A stretch of DNA of 64,000 bases, taken from Candidatus Latescibacterota bacterium (lineage in GTDB: Bacteria > Latescibacterota > UBA2968 > GCA-2709665). Shown piece by piece: positions 1 to 10,405 of this stretch (position 1 is its first letter; each line of letters begins with the position of its first letter). The notes beneath the pieces are model-generated. The model saw only the letters and a program-made list of their open reading frames with translations, did no database searches and was not told where the DNA came from. The stretch covers positions 1,952,001-2,016,000 of the forward strand of contig OZ244937.1 of NCBI GenBank assembly GCA_965222075.1, read 5' to 3'. The position numbers and the translations under genes are program-made.

Positions 1-1782
1 GGCGTGCGCCGGCGACCGCACGCTCCGCAGCCGGAACCGCCCCGCCTTGTCCGTTAGCACCGCCGTCATCGTCCGCACCCCGGTCCGGCTGTCCGCCGGG
101 CCATAGGCTACCACCGCCCCCGGCACCTTTCGCTTGGGCACAAAAGGATTCACCTGCCGGTCGAACAGGTAGACCGATCCGCTCAGGTCTGCCGCATAGT
201 CCTTGAAATCGTACTTCGCCTCCGGGAAGAACTCGACATCCCGGCACGCCTTCAGCAGCATCCCCACAGTCGTCTGCGCCTGCGACGCCACCTTTTCAAA
301 GTCCACCCGGTCCGCCACGTCTGCCGGCGTATCGATCCGCTCCCGGCTGTCGTGGGGCGTGGCGAACGTCATCGCCGTCATCCCGTGATAGAGCACCGCC
401 TCCATATCAAACGCCAGGGGCGCGGACATGAAGTTCCACCACTCCCGGTTCGGCGGGGCAAGCGCATCCATCAACCGGGCCTGCGGCGGCTCTCCGGGAA
501 ACAGCTCCGCCTCATAACTTGCAAACTGCTGTGAAAAAAACCTCAGCGTATTCTTCCGGTACCAGTCCGTCCGCCCCGTCCTCCACCCGGAATAGAACGT
601 CCCCTGGCTGAAGAGCGCAGCCCGGCTGTCCCCCGACGAGAAGTCCAGCCCCATGAACAGGTCGAAGTCGATCCGATCCTCCGGCCGTATCTTCTCCCGA
701 AAATGCGGGCTCTTTCGAGCGTGCCGGTAGACAAAATCGTTGATCCCCGCCAGCCCGTTGAAGTGCCCGGACGTGGCCAGCACCAGCACCGAAAACTTCG
801 GGCGATGCACCGACAGCGCCTCTGCAATCTCCAAAAGCGAAGCAACACCCGCAGCCGACTCCGCACCCGGCGCGCGCGACGGAACGATGGACATCGCGTC
901 GTAATACGCCTCGATAACAACAAGCCGGTCTTTCCACCGCCGGGGCTCTGCGCCCGGCCGGCCCGGCATCATCTCGTCCGACCCCCGAATGAACCCGTAG
1001 ACGTTCCACGTGGACGCCTCCTCCCACACCATCCGCGCCCTCACCGTCGCCTCCTCCCCGGCCTCTGCAAGCTCCCTCAACCGCACGCCTTCCTCCGCAT
1101 CCGCCCAGAAGCGCGGCACATTGGCAGGCACCGGCAATACCTTCAACTCCGCCTGCCCGCGGTTCACCACCCCATTATCGAAAAAAATCACCGCCACCGC
1201 ACCCAGCATCATCGGGTGGATGTAGTTCCGGTCGCAGTCGAAGTCCATCAGCACGATGGACCCCTCCACACGCTTCCCGTTGAAGTCCGCAAACGCCCCC
1301 TTCCCTCCGTAGATCAACCGTCCCGTTACACCCCCTGCCGGCAGCGTTGAGGTCCGGATGTGGTTCGGCCACAGACAGGCCAGGGCAACCTCCTCCCCCG
1401 TTGCCCCCACCCTCAGCCGCGCCCCCCGGTCTACCGGCACGGCCACTGTGAAGGAGTCCGTCCGGATATCCTGCAATCCGATCCGCTCGAACTCTCCCAG
1501 GATGTAGTCGTATGCCGCCCGGTTGCCCGGGTAGCCCACCGCCCGCGACGGCCAGGAAGACAGCGTTCGGATCTGCCGGGCAATCCGCTCTGGCGAGACC
1601 CGGGCCATTGCCGCCTGGATATCCGACGCCAGGACCGGAACCTGTGGCCGCTGGTAGCCCGCCTGCCAGTCCATGAACCGGCCAAAGAACTGCCTCGAAA
1701 TTGCACCGGGGTCCAGGATCCACACACAGATGTTGACCGCAATGCCGATGGCCAGCAAAAGATATAGCAGTAATTTTTTCAT
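1..1782 (-). CDS. Large exported M28-type peptidase/PA-domain protein, N-terminal part only (probably the peptidase-FtsX permease fusion family); runs off the window
   Basis: Absent from the ORF track. Manual translation from ATG at 1782 (MKKLLLYLLLAIGIAVNICVWIL...) stays open to base 1. Contains SRAVGYPGNRAAYDYI, PA-like GRLIYGGKG, M28-like VVIEAYYDAMS..PGAESAAGVASLLEIA and ATSGHFNGLAG. Confidence 0.75.
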   Translation of the reverse strand, partial: MKKLLLYLLLAIGIAVNICVWILDPGAISRQFFGRFMDWQAGYQRPQVPVLASDIQAAMARVSPERIARQIRTLSSWPSRAVGYPGNRAAYDYILGEFERIGLQDIRTDSFTVAVPVDRGARLRVGATGEEVALACLWPNHIRTSTLPAGGVTGRLIYGGKGAFADFNGKRVEGSIVLMDFDCDRNYIHPMMLGAVAVIFFDNGVVNRGQAELKVLPVPANVPRFWADAEEGVRLRELAEAGEEATVRARMVWEEASTWNVYGFIRGSDEMMPGRPGAEPRRWKDRLVVIEAYYDAMSIVPSRAPGAESAAGVASLLEIAEALSVHRPKFSVLVLATSGHFNGLAGINDFVYRHARKSPHFREKIRPEDRIDFDLFMGLDFSSGDSRAALFSQGTFYSGWRTGRTDWYRKNTLRFFSQQFASYEAELFPGEPPQARLMDALAPPNREWWNFMSAPLAFDMEAVLYHGMTAMTFATPHDSRERIDTPADVADRVDFEKVASQAQTTVGMLLKACRDVEFFPEAKYDFKDYAADLSGSVYLFDRQVNPFVPKRKVPGAVVAYGPADSRTGVRTMTAVLTDKAGRFRLRSVRSPAHA

Positions 1783-1802
1783 GTAGAATGTCACACAGCC
1801 CC

Positions 1803-3791
1803 TCAGTAGATCACTTCTGACACCGCCTTGGAGATCAGGGCGACAGCAATGGAGGCCATACCCACCAGGCCCATTCCGCAGGAGTATCCTGCCAGCAGAA
1901 CCGGCGCATACGCCCTCCACCGTTCACCCCCGAATCGCCTTCCAAAGACGTAGCGACCGAGCATCGCCCCGACAAACTGCGGAATGACGAAGTGCGGCCA
2001 CGTGCCCAGCCCCCCCACAAATCCATAGAAGATGAGTGTGGGTGCGCCAAGGAGGGATAGCAGAAGGTACATCCCCCCTCCAAAAACGAACCCGACCAAA
2101 ATGGCGTCCCAGCGGATGATCTGCCCAAAAATGTCAATCCCCCCACCACCGGGCATCGTAGACCGAATCCACATCGTCTGAATCGTGGCATGGAACGGCC
2201 AGAACTTCTGGACGAAGGGGTAAGCGGCGGAGGGAATCGGACCCAACCGCCAGATGAACGACCAGAAGATAAAGCTGCAAACAAGCATCACAACGAACGT
2301 GACGGCTACCATCCTCACCAGGCTCCCGAACTTCGTCCGGGTTAACTCCATTTGCCTGAAGGTGTTGGCATTCCCCCCGTGATCGAACATCGGAATCGGC
2401 GCGAACCAGACCGCAGCCCCCTTATAACCCGACAGGTAGAAGGACGCCTCCCGCAAAAAAGGAATGGAGGACCCGTAGGGGCTCCCCGTCAGTCCAATCA
2501 TCCGCGCTCCGATGTAGGAGCTGAACGGCGTCCACAAAAACCCGAACGCCGCCGTAATCACCCACGGAAACGCCGGTACCAGGTAGCGGACCAGGACAAC
2601 AAAAGCCGCCGTGCTCACCCCCCAGATCAAGACCGGTATCCGGATCGGGATATCTCCACGGCCCGCAGGTAGATCCTGCCTTTTTTTGCCTCTCGTCTCT
2701 CTCCTCTCGCGTCTCTGTTTCAGGATCGTCCGGCCGGCAAGGACGAACCCTACAAAGGCGATAACGAGAGACGTCCCCACCCCGAAGCTCAGCCAGAAAT
2801 CGAACGAATTGGAGATCTGCGTCGGAATCGCCGTCATCCCCGGTGACCAGGTGTGGAGCACACCCCACCGATAAAGGATCGGGTTGGTGACCAGATTGAC
2901 CAGCATCGAGGCAGCAAAGCTGCCCGCCACGATCCAGAACGGCAGCACAAGCCCGATAAGCACGTGGGCCAGATCCGTCCCGATGCCGAAAATTGCCGCC
3001 GGTAGCGACGCCCGGAGGCTGTCCGTCACGTCCACGAACGGAATTGGGAAAATCTGCACCGTCTCCGTCAGGAACAGCCCGGAAATCGTCGGCACCGTCA
3101 CGTAGATAAGTCCCCAGATCGCCCCGATCATAGCGCCCACGCTGAACACGTTCCACCGCCATCCCTCCTGTTTGGACGAGGTCTCCCCCAGCGCCGTTGC
3201 TCCCCCCGCCTGCACCGGGGCCATCGGAAAGGACAATCGTTCCACGTCACTCGTCACACGGAACATGACGTATCCAAGCGACAGGGAATTGATCCGGTTA
3301 AGGACCATCACCACGATGAGGATGACGATTGGTTTCACCCAGTGCGGGTGCAGAAAGCTCCTCGTATCGTACGCGGAAGACCCGGTGGGCGGAGCCACCC
3401 AATCCGGGATATGTTCCGCAATCCCCTCCGCCTGCGGAGACTGGACGAGGTACTGGTCCCACACCAGTCCACCGAAAGGTCCTCCGAACAGATCCGCCCC
3501 GGTCCCCAGCTTCCCCCCCATCATCACCAGCCCCCCGGCAATCCAGTAGAGGATGATAATCTCCTGGGTCCGAAGCCTTATGAAAGAACGCTTGGCAATC
3601 TCGATGAACAGGATAACGGTGACCCACTCCGCCCCGCCCGCCATGCTCTGGCCCGTCACCAGGCCCAGGTAGATCGCACCCGGCAACATCAAAAACCCGA
3701 CGAACAGGGCTCCCCAGATTGTCTTGAGGTTGAAACCCTCCTCAAAGGGAGCAGCCTCCGTGTCCCGGATTTCAGATTCGAAAGTTGCCAA
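1803..3791 (-). CDS. OPT-like (oligopeptide transporter-related) multi-pass membrane protein
   Basis: Highly hydrophobic ORF with FEEGFNLKTIWGALFVG, DVERLSFPMAPV and LLAGYSCGMGL motifs. Start placed at the TTG at 3791, just after the upstream stop (ORF track begins at 3875). Confidence 0.7.
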   Translation of the reverse strand: MATFESEIRDTEAAPFEEGFNLKTIWGALFVGFLMLPGAIYLGLVTGQSMAGGAEWVTVILFIEIAKRSFIRLRTQEIIILYWIAGGLVMMGGKLGTGADLFGGPFGGLVWDQYLVQSPQAEGIAEHIPDWVAPPTGSSAYDTRSFLHPHWVKPIVILIVVMVLNRINSLSLGYVMFRVTSDVERLSFPMAPVQAGGATALGETSSKQEGWRWNVFSVGAMIGAIWGLIYVTVPTISGLFLTETVQIFPIPFVDVTDSLRASLPAAIFGIGTDLAHVLIGLVLPFWIVAGSFAASMLVNLVTNPILYRWGVLHTWSPGMTAIPTQISNSFDFWLSFGVGTSLVIAFVGFVLAGRTILKQRRERRETRGKKRQDLPAGRGDIPIRIPVLIWGVSTAAFVVLVRYLVPAFPWVITAAFGFLWTPFSSYIGARMIGLTGSPYGSSIPFLREASFYLSGYKGAAVWFAPIPMFDHGGNANTFRQMELTRTKFGSLVRMVAVTFVVMLVCSFIFWSFIWRLGPIPSAAYPFVQKFWPFHATIQTMWIRSTMPGGGGIDIFGQIIRWDAILVGFVFGGGMYLLLSLLGAPTLIFYGFVGGLGTWPHFVIPQFVGAMLGRYVFGRRFGGERWRAYAPVLLAGYSCGMGLVGMASIAVALISKAVSEVIY

Positions 3792-3804
3792 ATAAGCCCC
3801 CGCT

Positions 3805-5769
3805 TCAATATCCCAGCCACGGCTCGATCCAGGGATGGATCCGGTGCCCGGCGCCGTGGAAGAAGATAACGTCAATCAGGAACGAAAAGATGACCGCCGC
3901 GATATGCCCCACAATCAGGCCGAGAAAAAACGGCTTGGCCTTTCGATACAACGTGACTCCGCCAAATCGCACGATCAGATATTTGCAGGCCCACCCGATG
4001 AAGATGCACAGGACGAAGTTCCGAATGATATTCGTGCTGGCCACCGTGAAGCCGATGGGATGGAGCGGCCACCAGGGGAACCGGTAGCGCATGAATGTCA
4101 GCAGGGCCATAAGCACGGCCCCGACCCCGAAACAGGTGAGCAATTCCCAGTTCGGAGGCGCCGGGTCCTTCGCCTCGGCGACCACGCTCCGGAAGGTGTA
4201 GTGACTCCCGGCGCGGAACTCCCATCCAAAATTCGACGCTCCGTCCCGGTAGGGCAGGTAAAACGTCACGACGAGCGTTGTGACCATGCCGATGACCAGG
4301 CTCAACGCCAACCAGACCAGCATCCTGCGTCGTTGCCCTCGGAGGAAGTCCGCCCATCGGGCCACGTGTGAAAATGGCCCCAGGTAGTTCGGGATGAGAC
4401 GGGAGAAACCCAGAGCCACCAGACTCGACGGCGCCATTTTGTCGGATCCCAGGGCGAGTATCGCAATTCCCTGCGAACTCGCCGGCGCGGACACGAACAT
4501 CAGCCCGGACTCGACAACGATCCGTGTGACCCCGATCGCAAGGAGCAGGCCCACCCCCATGACCAGGAACGCCAGATACGGCTGTAGCCCGATATTGATC
4601 AGCCATCCTACGGAGAACAGCCACCCCAGGGCAACCCCCCAGAAGGCAACGCGAAACGGAATCAACTCATCCCCGTCGTCCGCAGACTTCCGGCCAAACC
4701 CGGCCAGGACCACCTCTTTCAGATGCTGCCGGGCGATCCACAGACCCCACAACACGAACACGAAAAACGCTCCGGCGCACTGCCATCCGCCGATGGGGTA
4801 GAGGGACGGGGGATAGAGCCCCGGCCTGAAAGTAATGTTGACGCCCAACCTGTTCAGGATGCCGACCTGCACCATGTAAAACAGGAAGAAAAACCAGATG
4901 CTGAACAGGATCTCCAGGTTGGCGAAGTAGGCAAACCCAATCGCAAAGGCGCTCTTGAGGGTGTAAACCCCGGGAAACCCACTTGCGAAAGAGAACATCG
5001 TCCCCCTCAGAGGCACCAGGGGCGTGGCTGGCGCAAAGTAGCCGATCACATTCCACCCAAGCGTCCCGAACGCCACGGCAAACCCCGACCAGAAAAGCCG
5101 GCTTTGCATAAACACAGGCAACAGCCGCCTCCCATCGGACCCTTCGATGATATCCAGCGTCACGCCCACCAGCGGGTAGGTCAGCCGCTCGTGCTCTGCC
5201 CACTGCTTCCTCAAAATCACCCCCAAACAGATCGACGCCACCGCCATCGCCAGGACCGGCAGCAGCCACCAGAACAGGGGCGAAACCCACGGCTGCCACG
5301 GCATCGAAGCGCCCTCCGGCAGCCCCTCGAAGAACCACTTCATCGCCCCTGAATGGTCCGTAGGAATGAGCCACGCCGGGAGATACGGGTGGATATATTT
5401 ATCCCACTGATTCTCCGGCGAGGCGAAGTAGTAGGGACTGGCCACGATGCCCAGCATGCTCGCCGCACCCCGATACGCACCGCCCGAAAGCCCCAGGCAC
5501 AGGATGATGAACAGTTCTCGCGGGGCCAGCCCCGCCTGGGGCCGGACGGCCTTGATGGCCGGGTTGATGAGGGTTACAACGATTAGAAAAATCGAAAGCA
5601 GCGACGTTGGGATGAACCCGTATTCCACCCACGACGACCGGGCAACGTAGCGGGAGTAGTCAATCCAGAATTGAGAAAGCATGGCAACGGCGATGCCGAT
5701 GACCACCGACCGGGGGGTGATCCGATTCGACCGCCCCACCTCGACCGCTCTCTCTGTCAGTCCCTCCAT
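3805..5769 (-). CDS. DUF6785/DUF6784-like multi-pass membrane transporter
   Basis: Motifs LRKQWAEHERLTYPL and RYRFPWWPLHPIGF, many TM helices. Likely start ATG 5769. Confidence 0.7.
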   Translation of the reverse strand: MEGLTERAVEVGRSNRITPRSVVIGIAVAMLSQFWIDYSRYVARSSWVEYGFIPTSLLSIFLIVVTLINPAIKAVRPQAGLAPRELFIILCLGLSGGAYRGAASMLGIVASPYYFASPENQWDKYIHPYLPAWLIPTDHSGAMKWFFEGLPEGASMPWQPWVSPLFWWLLPVLAMAVASICLGVILRKQWAEHERLTYPLVGVTLDIIEGSDGRRLLPVFMQSRLFWSGFAVAFGTLGWNVIGYFAPATPLVPLRGTMFSFASGFPGVYTLKSAFAIGFAYFANLEILFSIWFFFLFYMVQVGILNRLGVNITFRPGLYPPSLYPIGGWQCAGAFFVFVLWGLWIARQHLKEVVLAGFGRKSADDGDELIPFRVAFWGVALGWLFSVGWLINIGLQPYLAFLVMGVGLLLAIGVTRIVVESGLMFVSAPASSQGIAILALGSDKMAPSSLVALGFSRLIPNYLGPFSHVARWADFLRGQRRRMLVWLALSLVIGMVTTLVVTFYLPYRDGASNFGWEFRAGSHYTFRSVVAEAKDPAPPNWELLTCFGVGAVLMALLTFMRYRFPWWPLHPIGFTVASTNIIRNFVLCIFIGWACKYLIVRFGGVTLYRKAKPFFLGLIVGHIAAVIFSFLIDVIFFHGAGHRIHPWIEPWLGY

Positions 5770-5847
5770 TTGAATAAAACTCCGCTTATTTAGACACAGA
5801 AGCCGCTCCAACCATACAGCCACCGTCGGTAATGATAGAAGCTCCCG

Positions 5848-5934
5848 TCAGATGTCACCCATCTTTTGAGCCGAAGCGAAACCAATATCTCCCGCGCCTC
5901 CCGTGACCAACGCCACCTTTGTTGCAGTTGCCAT
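5848..5934 (-). pseudogene. Truncated N-terminus of a short-chain dehydrogenase/reductase
   Basis: GGAGG RBS followed by MATATKVALVTGGAGDIGFASAQKMGDI*, i.e. a Rossmann TGGxxxIG motif that stops after 28 aa. Confidence 0.6.
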
Positions 5935-5998
5935 TTTGGACCTCCATTCGGCATGAAATCAATCAATGATAGACTTTATGGGCCGCTAGCTCCATTCC

Positions 5999-6973
5999 TC
6001 ATCCTCGCACTTCCACAACCTGCCCTGTCCGGGCCGATTCCGCAGCAGCATCCAGAACGGCAAGTGAGGGGAGGACCTGCCGGCCGGCGGATTCTGGCTC
6101 CCGTCCGGTAAGCACGGCATCCACAAACTCGGCCATTTGTGCGTCGAAGGCGTTCTGATAGGCGCGATCGGAAGACTCTTCAACAATGGGTTGTCCATCC
6201 AGCCGGAGGGTGTGCCAGCAGTCAATGACAAGCGTTCCTTTCTGGCAGACGATGATCATATCCCTTCGGGTATGCTTCGAGCAGAAGGAGTCATAATTGA
6301 CAGCGTACGCCCCATTGTCCAGGGCAATGCTCGCCATGAAATCGTCCTCCCCGGTGTGGTCGACGCTGTTGTTGTGAGCCGTGGCGTAAACCCGGAGGGG
6401 ACGTGCATCGGCCATCCAGGGATAGAAATCAAACGTATGGGTGCCGGAACTCTCCATCAGAACATGCCGGCAGTCTTTGTACCAGGGCGGGAAGCTCGTG
6501 TTGTAGTGAAGCATGGTATAGAGAAAATGGAGGGGGTTTCCAACATCCCCAGACCGGAGGACCTCGCGGACCTTCCGGCAGACAGCCAGGAAGCGACAGC
6601 ACTGCGCCGACATCAGCGTCAGGTTCAGACGCTCCGCCTCCGACACGAGAGTCACGCCATCTGCATGGCCCTCGGCCATAGGCTTCTCAACCAGGACGTG
6701 TTTGCCCGCCTGGAGGGCCGCCATGACGTGGTCGAAGTGAAGGTTGCTGGGGGTGCAAAGGACAACGGCGTCGATGCCGGGATCGGCCAGAGCATCTTCA
6801 TAGGCACCGTAGGCGCGTGGTGCGCCGTAGTCGCTGGCCGCGGCCATGCGCCGGCCCTCGTCCCGGCTGACAGCGGCGACAACCCGGGCCTGGTCACACT
6901 TCTGAATCGCTCTAAAGTGGAGCTTTGAGACATTGCCGCAGCCCACCACCCCCAGACACAATCTATCGGACAT
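5999..6973 (-). CDS. Gfo/Idh/MocA family oxidoreductase
   Basis: GVVGCG Rossmann motif, AGKHVLVEKPMA, GTHTFD. Confidence 0.9.
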   Translation of the reverse strand: MSDRLCLGVVGCGNVSKLHFRAIQKCDQARVVAAVSRDEGRRMAAASDYGAPRAYGAYEDALADPGIDAVVLCTPSNLHFDHVMAALQAGKHVLVEKPMAEGHADGVTLVSEAERLNLTLMSAQCCRFLAVCRKVREVLRSGDVGNPLHFLYTMLHYNTSFPPWYKDCRHVLMESSGTHTFDFYPWMADARPLRVYATAHNNSVDHTGEDDFMASIALDNGAYAVNYDSFCSKHTRRDMIIVCQKGTLVIDCWHTLRLDGQPIVEESSDRAYQNAFDAQMAEFVDAVLTGREPESAGRQVLPSLAVLDAAAESARTGQVVEVRG

Positions 6974-7187
6974 AGGAGAACCTCCACTTTATATTGACAA
7001 GCACACGGTAGCTTCTTAGCTTAAGGACAATAAGGAAATTTACCAATAGTCACTGTTATTTTCAAGAATGATGACGGGGCACCACTTACGGTTGACCTGA
7101 ACGGATCGTCGGTGGAAGGCGAGATGGAGGTCACGGTTCCGTCTTCGGGACTCGTGGTACGGCGGACGGATGGCCGTGGTCGTTGAT

Positions 7188-7718
7188 TTACGGGGCATCT
7201 CCCTTTGTGATGGGGTAGTTCGCCCAGAACCAGGCGTTCCAGCCCTCGTAAAACGCCTGGGTTCGGGTATACCCCAAATCTTCGATCATCAGTCTGACAA
7301 AGAAAAAACTGTTCCGGCAGCTTCTGCCGCCGCAGTAGGCAATGATCCAGGTGTCTTTGGGCAGGTCGCCCAGCACATGCCGTATTCTGAGTTCGAATGA
7401 GAGAACCGGAATGCTCAGAGCGCCCGGAATGTGCCCGGCGGCATAGGCGTCGGGAGAACGGGTATCGATAAAGACGGCGTCTTTGCGATCGAATGCCCGT
7501 TTTGCCTCGTCTAAGGTAACGCGCATGCCCTCCACGTGCAGGTTCCATTCGATCCGTCCCGACAGAGGGATAGCATCGGGCGTTCGAAGCGGAATGCCGG
7601 CATCCGAAAAGGCATTGTAGGCAAACCCTGCTCCGGAGCCGATCAGGAGGACGGCGACGGCCTTTAAAATCAGGCGGCCCACGCCTGTATCCACTCTTTC
7701 CGGTCTGTCTGTCTCCAT
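7188..7718 (-). CDS. Membrane-anchored rhodanese-like domain protein
   Basis: N-terminal TM, IDTRSPDAYAAGHIPGA, YCGGRSC, EGWNAW. Confidence 0.85.
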   Translation of the reverse strand: METDRPERVDTGVGRLILKAVAVLLIGSGAGFAYNAFSDAGIPLRTPDAIPLSGRIEWNLHVEGMRVTLDEAKRAFDRKDAVFIDTRSPDAYAAGHIPGALSIPVLSFELRIRHVLGDLPKDTWIIAYCGGRSCRNSFFFVRLMIEDLGYTRTQAFYEGWNAWFWANYPITKGDAP

Positions 7719-7863
7719 CGCTCTTCACCACCTCCCTGGCAAAAAAAGCTTTTTATGGTACCGAGAACGTATAATATGGCTTAGCGTCGGTTTTCGCTTG
7801 GTTCGCTCCCGCCGGATTGCCAAATCCACGCCGAGCATCCCGACCCCAGCCCCCAATCCCTCT

Positions 7864-7892
7864 TTGACATTTCGCCTTTCATGTGCTATTTT
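7864..7892 (+). promoter_or_regulatory. Sigma70-like promoter
   Basis: TTGACA-17 nt-TATTTT with extended TG, about 40 nt upstream of ATG 7934. Confidence 0.45.
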
Positions 7893-7933
7893 GCACCTTC
7901 CCCTGTACCTCTTTCCAACCAGGAGCCATCACA

Positions 7934-10318
7934 ATGAACCTTGCCGTCACAGAAGGCGTCTATTCAAAAGACAGCTACGAACCCAACCTCTGCACCCTGC
8001 GGGACGGCAAAACGTGCTGGACCGCCTGGGCGGCCTACGGCGCGGCGGGGTCCAGGGCATTTGTGCGGAAATTCGTCGGGAAAACCGCCGGTCCCATCGA
8101 GCCGCTGTCCCCCAACAATACCATGCAGACGCGCCCCATCTGCATCCCGAACGGGGATGAGGTAGTATTTGTCTGGCTTGAAAAGGCCGGCCAGCAGTAC
8201 GCGTTTTGGACCCGGAAACAGGATGGGAATGCGTTCACCCGGTGCCGGGAGTGCCACGTCCTGCCCGCTTCGGCAAAGGTCTGGGAGCCGCAGGCCCTCC
8301 TCGATGAAAGCGGCGCCCTCTGGATCTGCTGGGCCCACTCCGTCAGAGGAGACAGCCGCATCGAAATCCTCAGAACCCTCCCGGATGGCAAAACCGCAAC
8401 GTACTCGTTGGGAAATCGGGTACGCTACAATTACCGGCCCAGGATGGTCGAATGGGGGTCGGAAGGCGTCTACATCATCTGGGACAGCTACGTTGACGGC
8501 ACCTACGACATCTACGGCTGTGCGGTCGATCCGGCAGGCCCTCAGGAAGCGGTCAAAATCAGCCGCGACGCCGGGTGGGAAAACAGATCGACCCTCTGCC
8601 GGGACGCCGGCGGTGAACTCTGGGCGGTGTGGGTGCGCGGTGTGGACGTCATGTACCACAGCAGCACCCTCCAGCAGAAGTACTCCCTGCGGGGCGCCCG
8701 TTTGGACGGTCGGTCCTGGGCGCCTCTGTCGGGTGCGGACGGAGGCGCCGACATTGCGCCGCTCCACTACGGGCTGTTGACCGACTTCCCGAAACCGCCC
8801 AACCTGGGGCACATGGGCAGGCGGCTCTTCCCGATCCTCAAGGGCGCCGAAGGCGACGGCGTCTGGCTCTTCTACGAGGTCAAGGCAGACAGTGAGCAGG
8901 GCACGCTCACCTCCAGGGGCCGCCTCTTCGGCCATACCTGCGCCGACGGCGCCTGGTCGGAACCCTGCAACGTGGCCGACGGGAACATTTTCTACGAACT
9001 TCCCCACAATAGCACGGTCGGAACCGGGGTCTACCTCCTGTCGCAGGACATGATCACCGATGAGCGTTACCTGGAAAAGGTCGACCTCTCCACCGACCTC
9101 CCCGTTGTACCCCCTGAAAACCGCCGCATCGACCTGACCGAATGGAAGGAAGTCCGGCTGCCATTTGAGAACCTGCGAAAGACAGACCGGCCCCGCAACG
9201 ACCTGCCCGGCGGGGAAAGCGGGAAATACCACCTCTTCTGGGTGGACCTGCACTGCCACTCGGCGGCCTCCATCGAAATGGAGGGCGAGCCGGATGAGCT
9301 GGGCCACTACGCCCGGCACAAGGCGCAAATCGACGGGCTGACCGTCTCCGACAACGACTGCTTCTGGAACCTGCATACCCGCCAGAACGTGCGCCACCTG
9401 AAGGACTACGAGTGGGACTACGTCAAAGGCAACGCGATGGTCCTCAACGAACCCGGACAGTTTGCCATGTTTCCCGGCTACGAAATGACCGTGACCGACC
9501 GGGTGGACTCCGGGCGGGACCACCGGTCGGTGATGTCGGACGACGACGAAATGGAAATGGACCTGCTTCACTTCAAGTACAAAGAGGCCCACTCGAAGGG
9601 CGAGCGGCATACCCACAAGGACACCAGGGAGTGTATCGCCTGGTTCAAAGAAAAAGGTTACCTTCCCCTCCCCCACCCCCACCACGGGAAATGGAACCTC
9701 TACGACACGGACGTCGAGTGGGGCATCGACTTGTGTGCTGCCTGGATGATCAACATCGACCTTTACGACATCTATTTCAAATACCTGAACGCGGGCCATA
9801 AATTCGCCTTCACCGGCAGCGGGGACAGCCACCACCGCAACCCCGGCTTAAGCGGTGCGCTCACCGGCATCTGGGCCGAGCGCCTGGACCGTACCGCCTT
9901 CCTGAACGCGATCAAAGCGAGACGCTGCTACGCAACGGCCGGCCAGAAAATTCTGATCGAATTCACGATCAACGATCAGATGATGGGCAGCTCGCTGGTC
10001 GTTGAGGACGACCCGGTGCTGAAGTGGCGGGTCGTGGGCGAAGCGGGCCAGGAATACATCCTGCGCGTCCACCGGGACGGGCGTCTGATGCACGACGACC
10101 GGTTCATCGGCCAGACCCGGGGAGAGCGAAAAGAATTCCGGCTGCGCCAGTATCGCCCCGGAAAGCACTACTACTACCTCGAAGTCATGGCCCCCGACCC
10201 CATCCCCCAATACCCGGCCAACGTCGCGCACGCCATGGGCGCCAAAGGCTGGAGCACACCCATCTGGGTCGAGACACCTGCCTGCCGCGACGACCGCGGC
10301 GCAGGCAGGTCGGGATGA
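7934..10318 (+). CDS. Protein with N-terminal beta-rich/propeller-like region and C-terminal PHP-fold (DUF3604/CehA-McbA-like) metallohydrolase
   Basis: WVDLHCHS, GYE, PHPHH, GSGDSHH, LTGIWAE..RRCYATAG, WSTPIWV; GGAG RBS before ATG 7934. Confidence 0.75.
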   Translation: MNLAVTEGVYSKDSYEPNLCTLRDGKTCWTAWAAYGAAGSRAFVRKFVGKTAGPIEPLSPNNTMQTRPICIPNGDEVVFVWLEKAGQQYAFWTRKQDGNAFTRCRECHVLPASAKVWEPQALLDESGALWICWAHSVRGDSRIEILRTLPDGKTATYSLGNRVRYNYRPRMVEWGSEGVYIIWDSYVDGTYDIYGCAVDPAGPQEAVKISRDAGWENRSTLCRDAGGELWAVWVRGVDVMYHSSTLQQKYSLRGARLDGRSWAPLSGADGGADIAPLHYGLLTDFPKPPNLGHMGRRLFPILKGAEGDGVWLFYEVKADSEQGTLTSRGRLFGHTCADGAWSEPCNVADGNIFYELPHNSTVGTGVYLLSQDMITDERYLEKVDLSTDLPVVPPENRRIDLTEWKEVRLPFENLRKTDRPRNDLPGGESGKYHLFWVDLHCHSAASIEMEGEPDELGHYARHKAQIDGLTVSDNDCFWNLHTRQNVRHLKDYEWDYVKGNAMVLNEPGQFAMFPGYEMTVTDRVDSGRDHRSVMSDDDEMEMDLLHFKYKEAHSKGERHTHKDTRECIAWFKEKGYLPLPHPHHGKWNLYDTDVEWGIDLCAAWMINIDLYDIYFKYLNAGHKFAFTGSGDSHHRNPGLSGALTGIWAERLDRTAFLNAIKARRCYATAGQKILIEFTINDQMMGSSLVVEDDPVLKWRVVGEAGQEYILRVHRDGRLMHDDRFIGQTRGERKEFRLRQYRPGKHYYYLEVMAPDPIPQYPANVAHAMGAKGWSTPIWVETPACRDDRGAGRSG
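10277..10309. repeat. CCTGCCTGC...GCAGGCAGG palindromic element, in-frame in the CDS C-terminus
   Basis: 33-nt element with 9-10 bp inverted arms, encoding PACRDDRGAGR. Confidence 0.7.
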
Positions 10319-10354
10319 CCGCCACTGTAGTTCCCCCCCCCGAAAAGAAGAAAC

Positions 10355-10376
10355 GGGGCGCACGGCCGTGCGCCCC
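10355..10376. repeat. REP-like perfect palindrome between convergent genes
   Basis: GGGGCGCACGGCCGTGCGCCCC, resembling the core of GTAG-family REPs; may act as a bidirectional terminator. Confidence 0.65.
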
Positions 10377-10405
10377 TGCGATATCTATCCGACACACTCG
10401 ACCGA

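Noticed and set aside
7040-7185. Plus-strand fragment reading FKNDDGAPLTVDLNG...RTDGRGR
   Set aside because: Protein-like but has no start or RBS and is too short to assign; possibly a gene remnant.
7964-9835. 623-aa minus-strand ORF
   Set aside because: Antisense to the PHP-domain gene, which has an RBS, a promoter and motifs.
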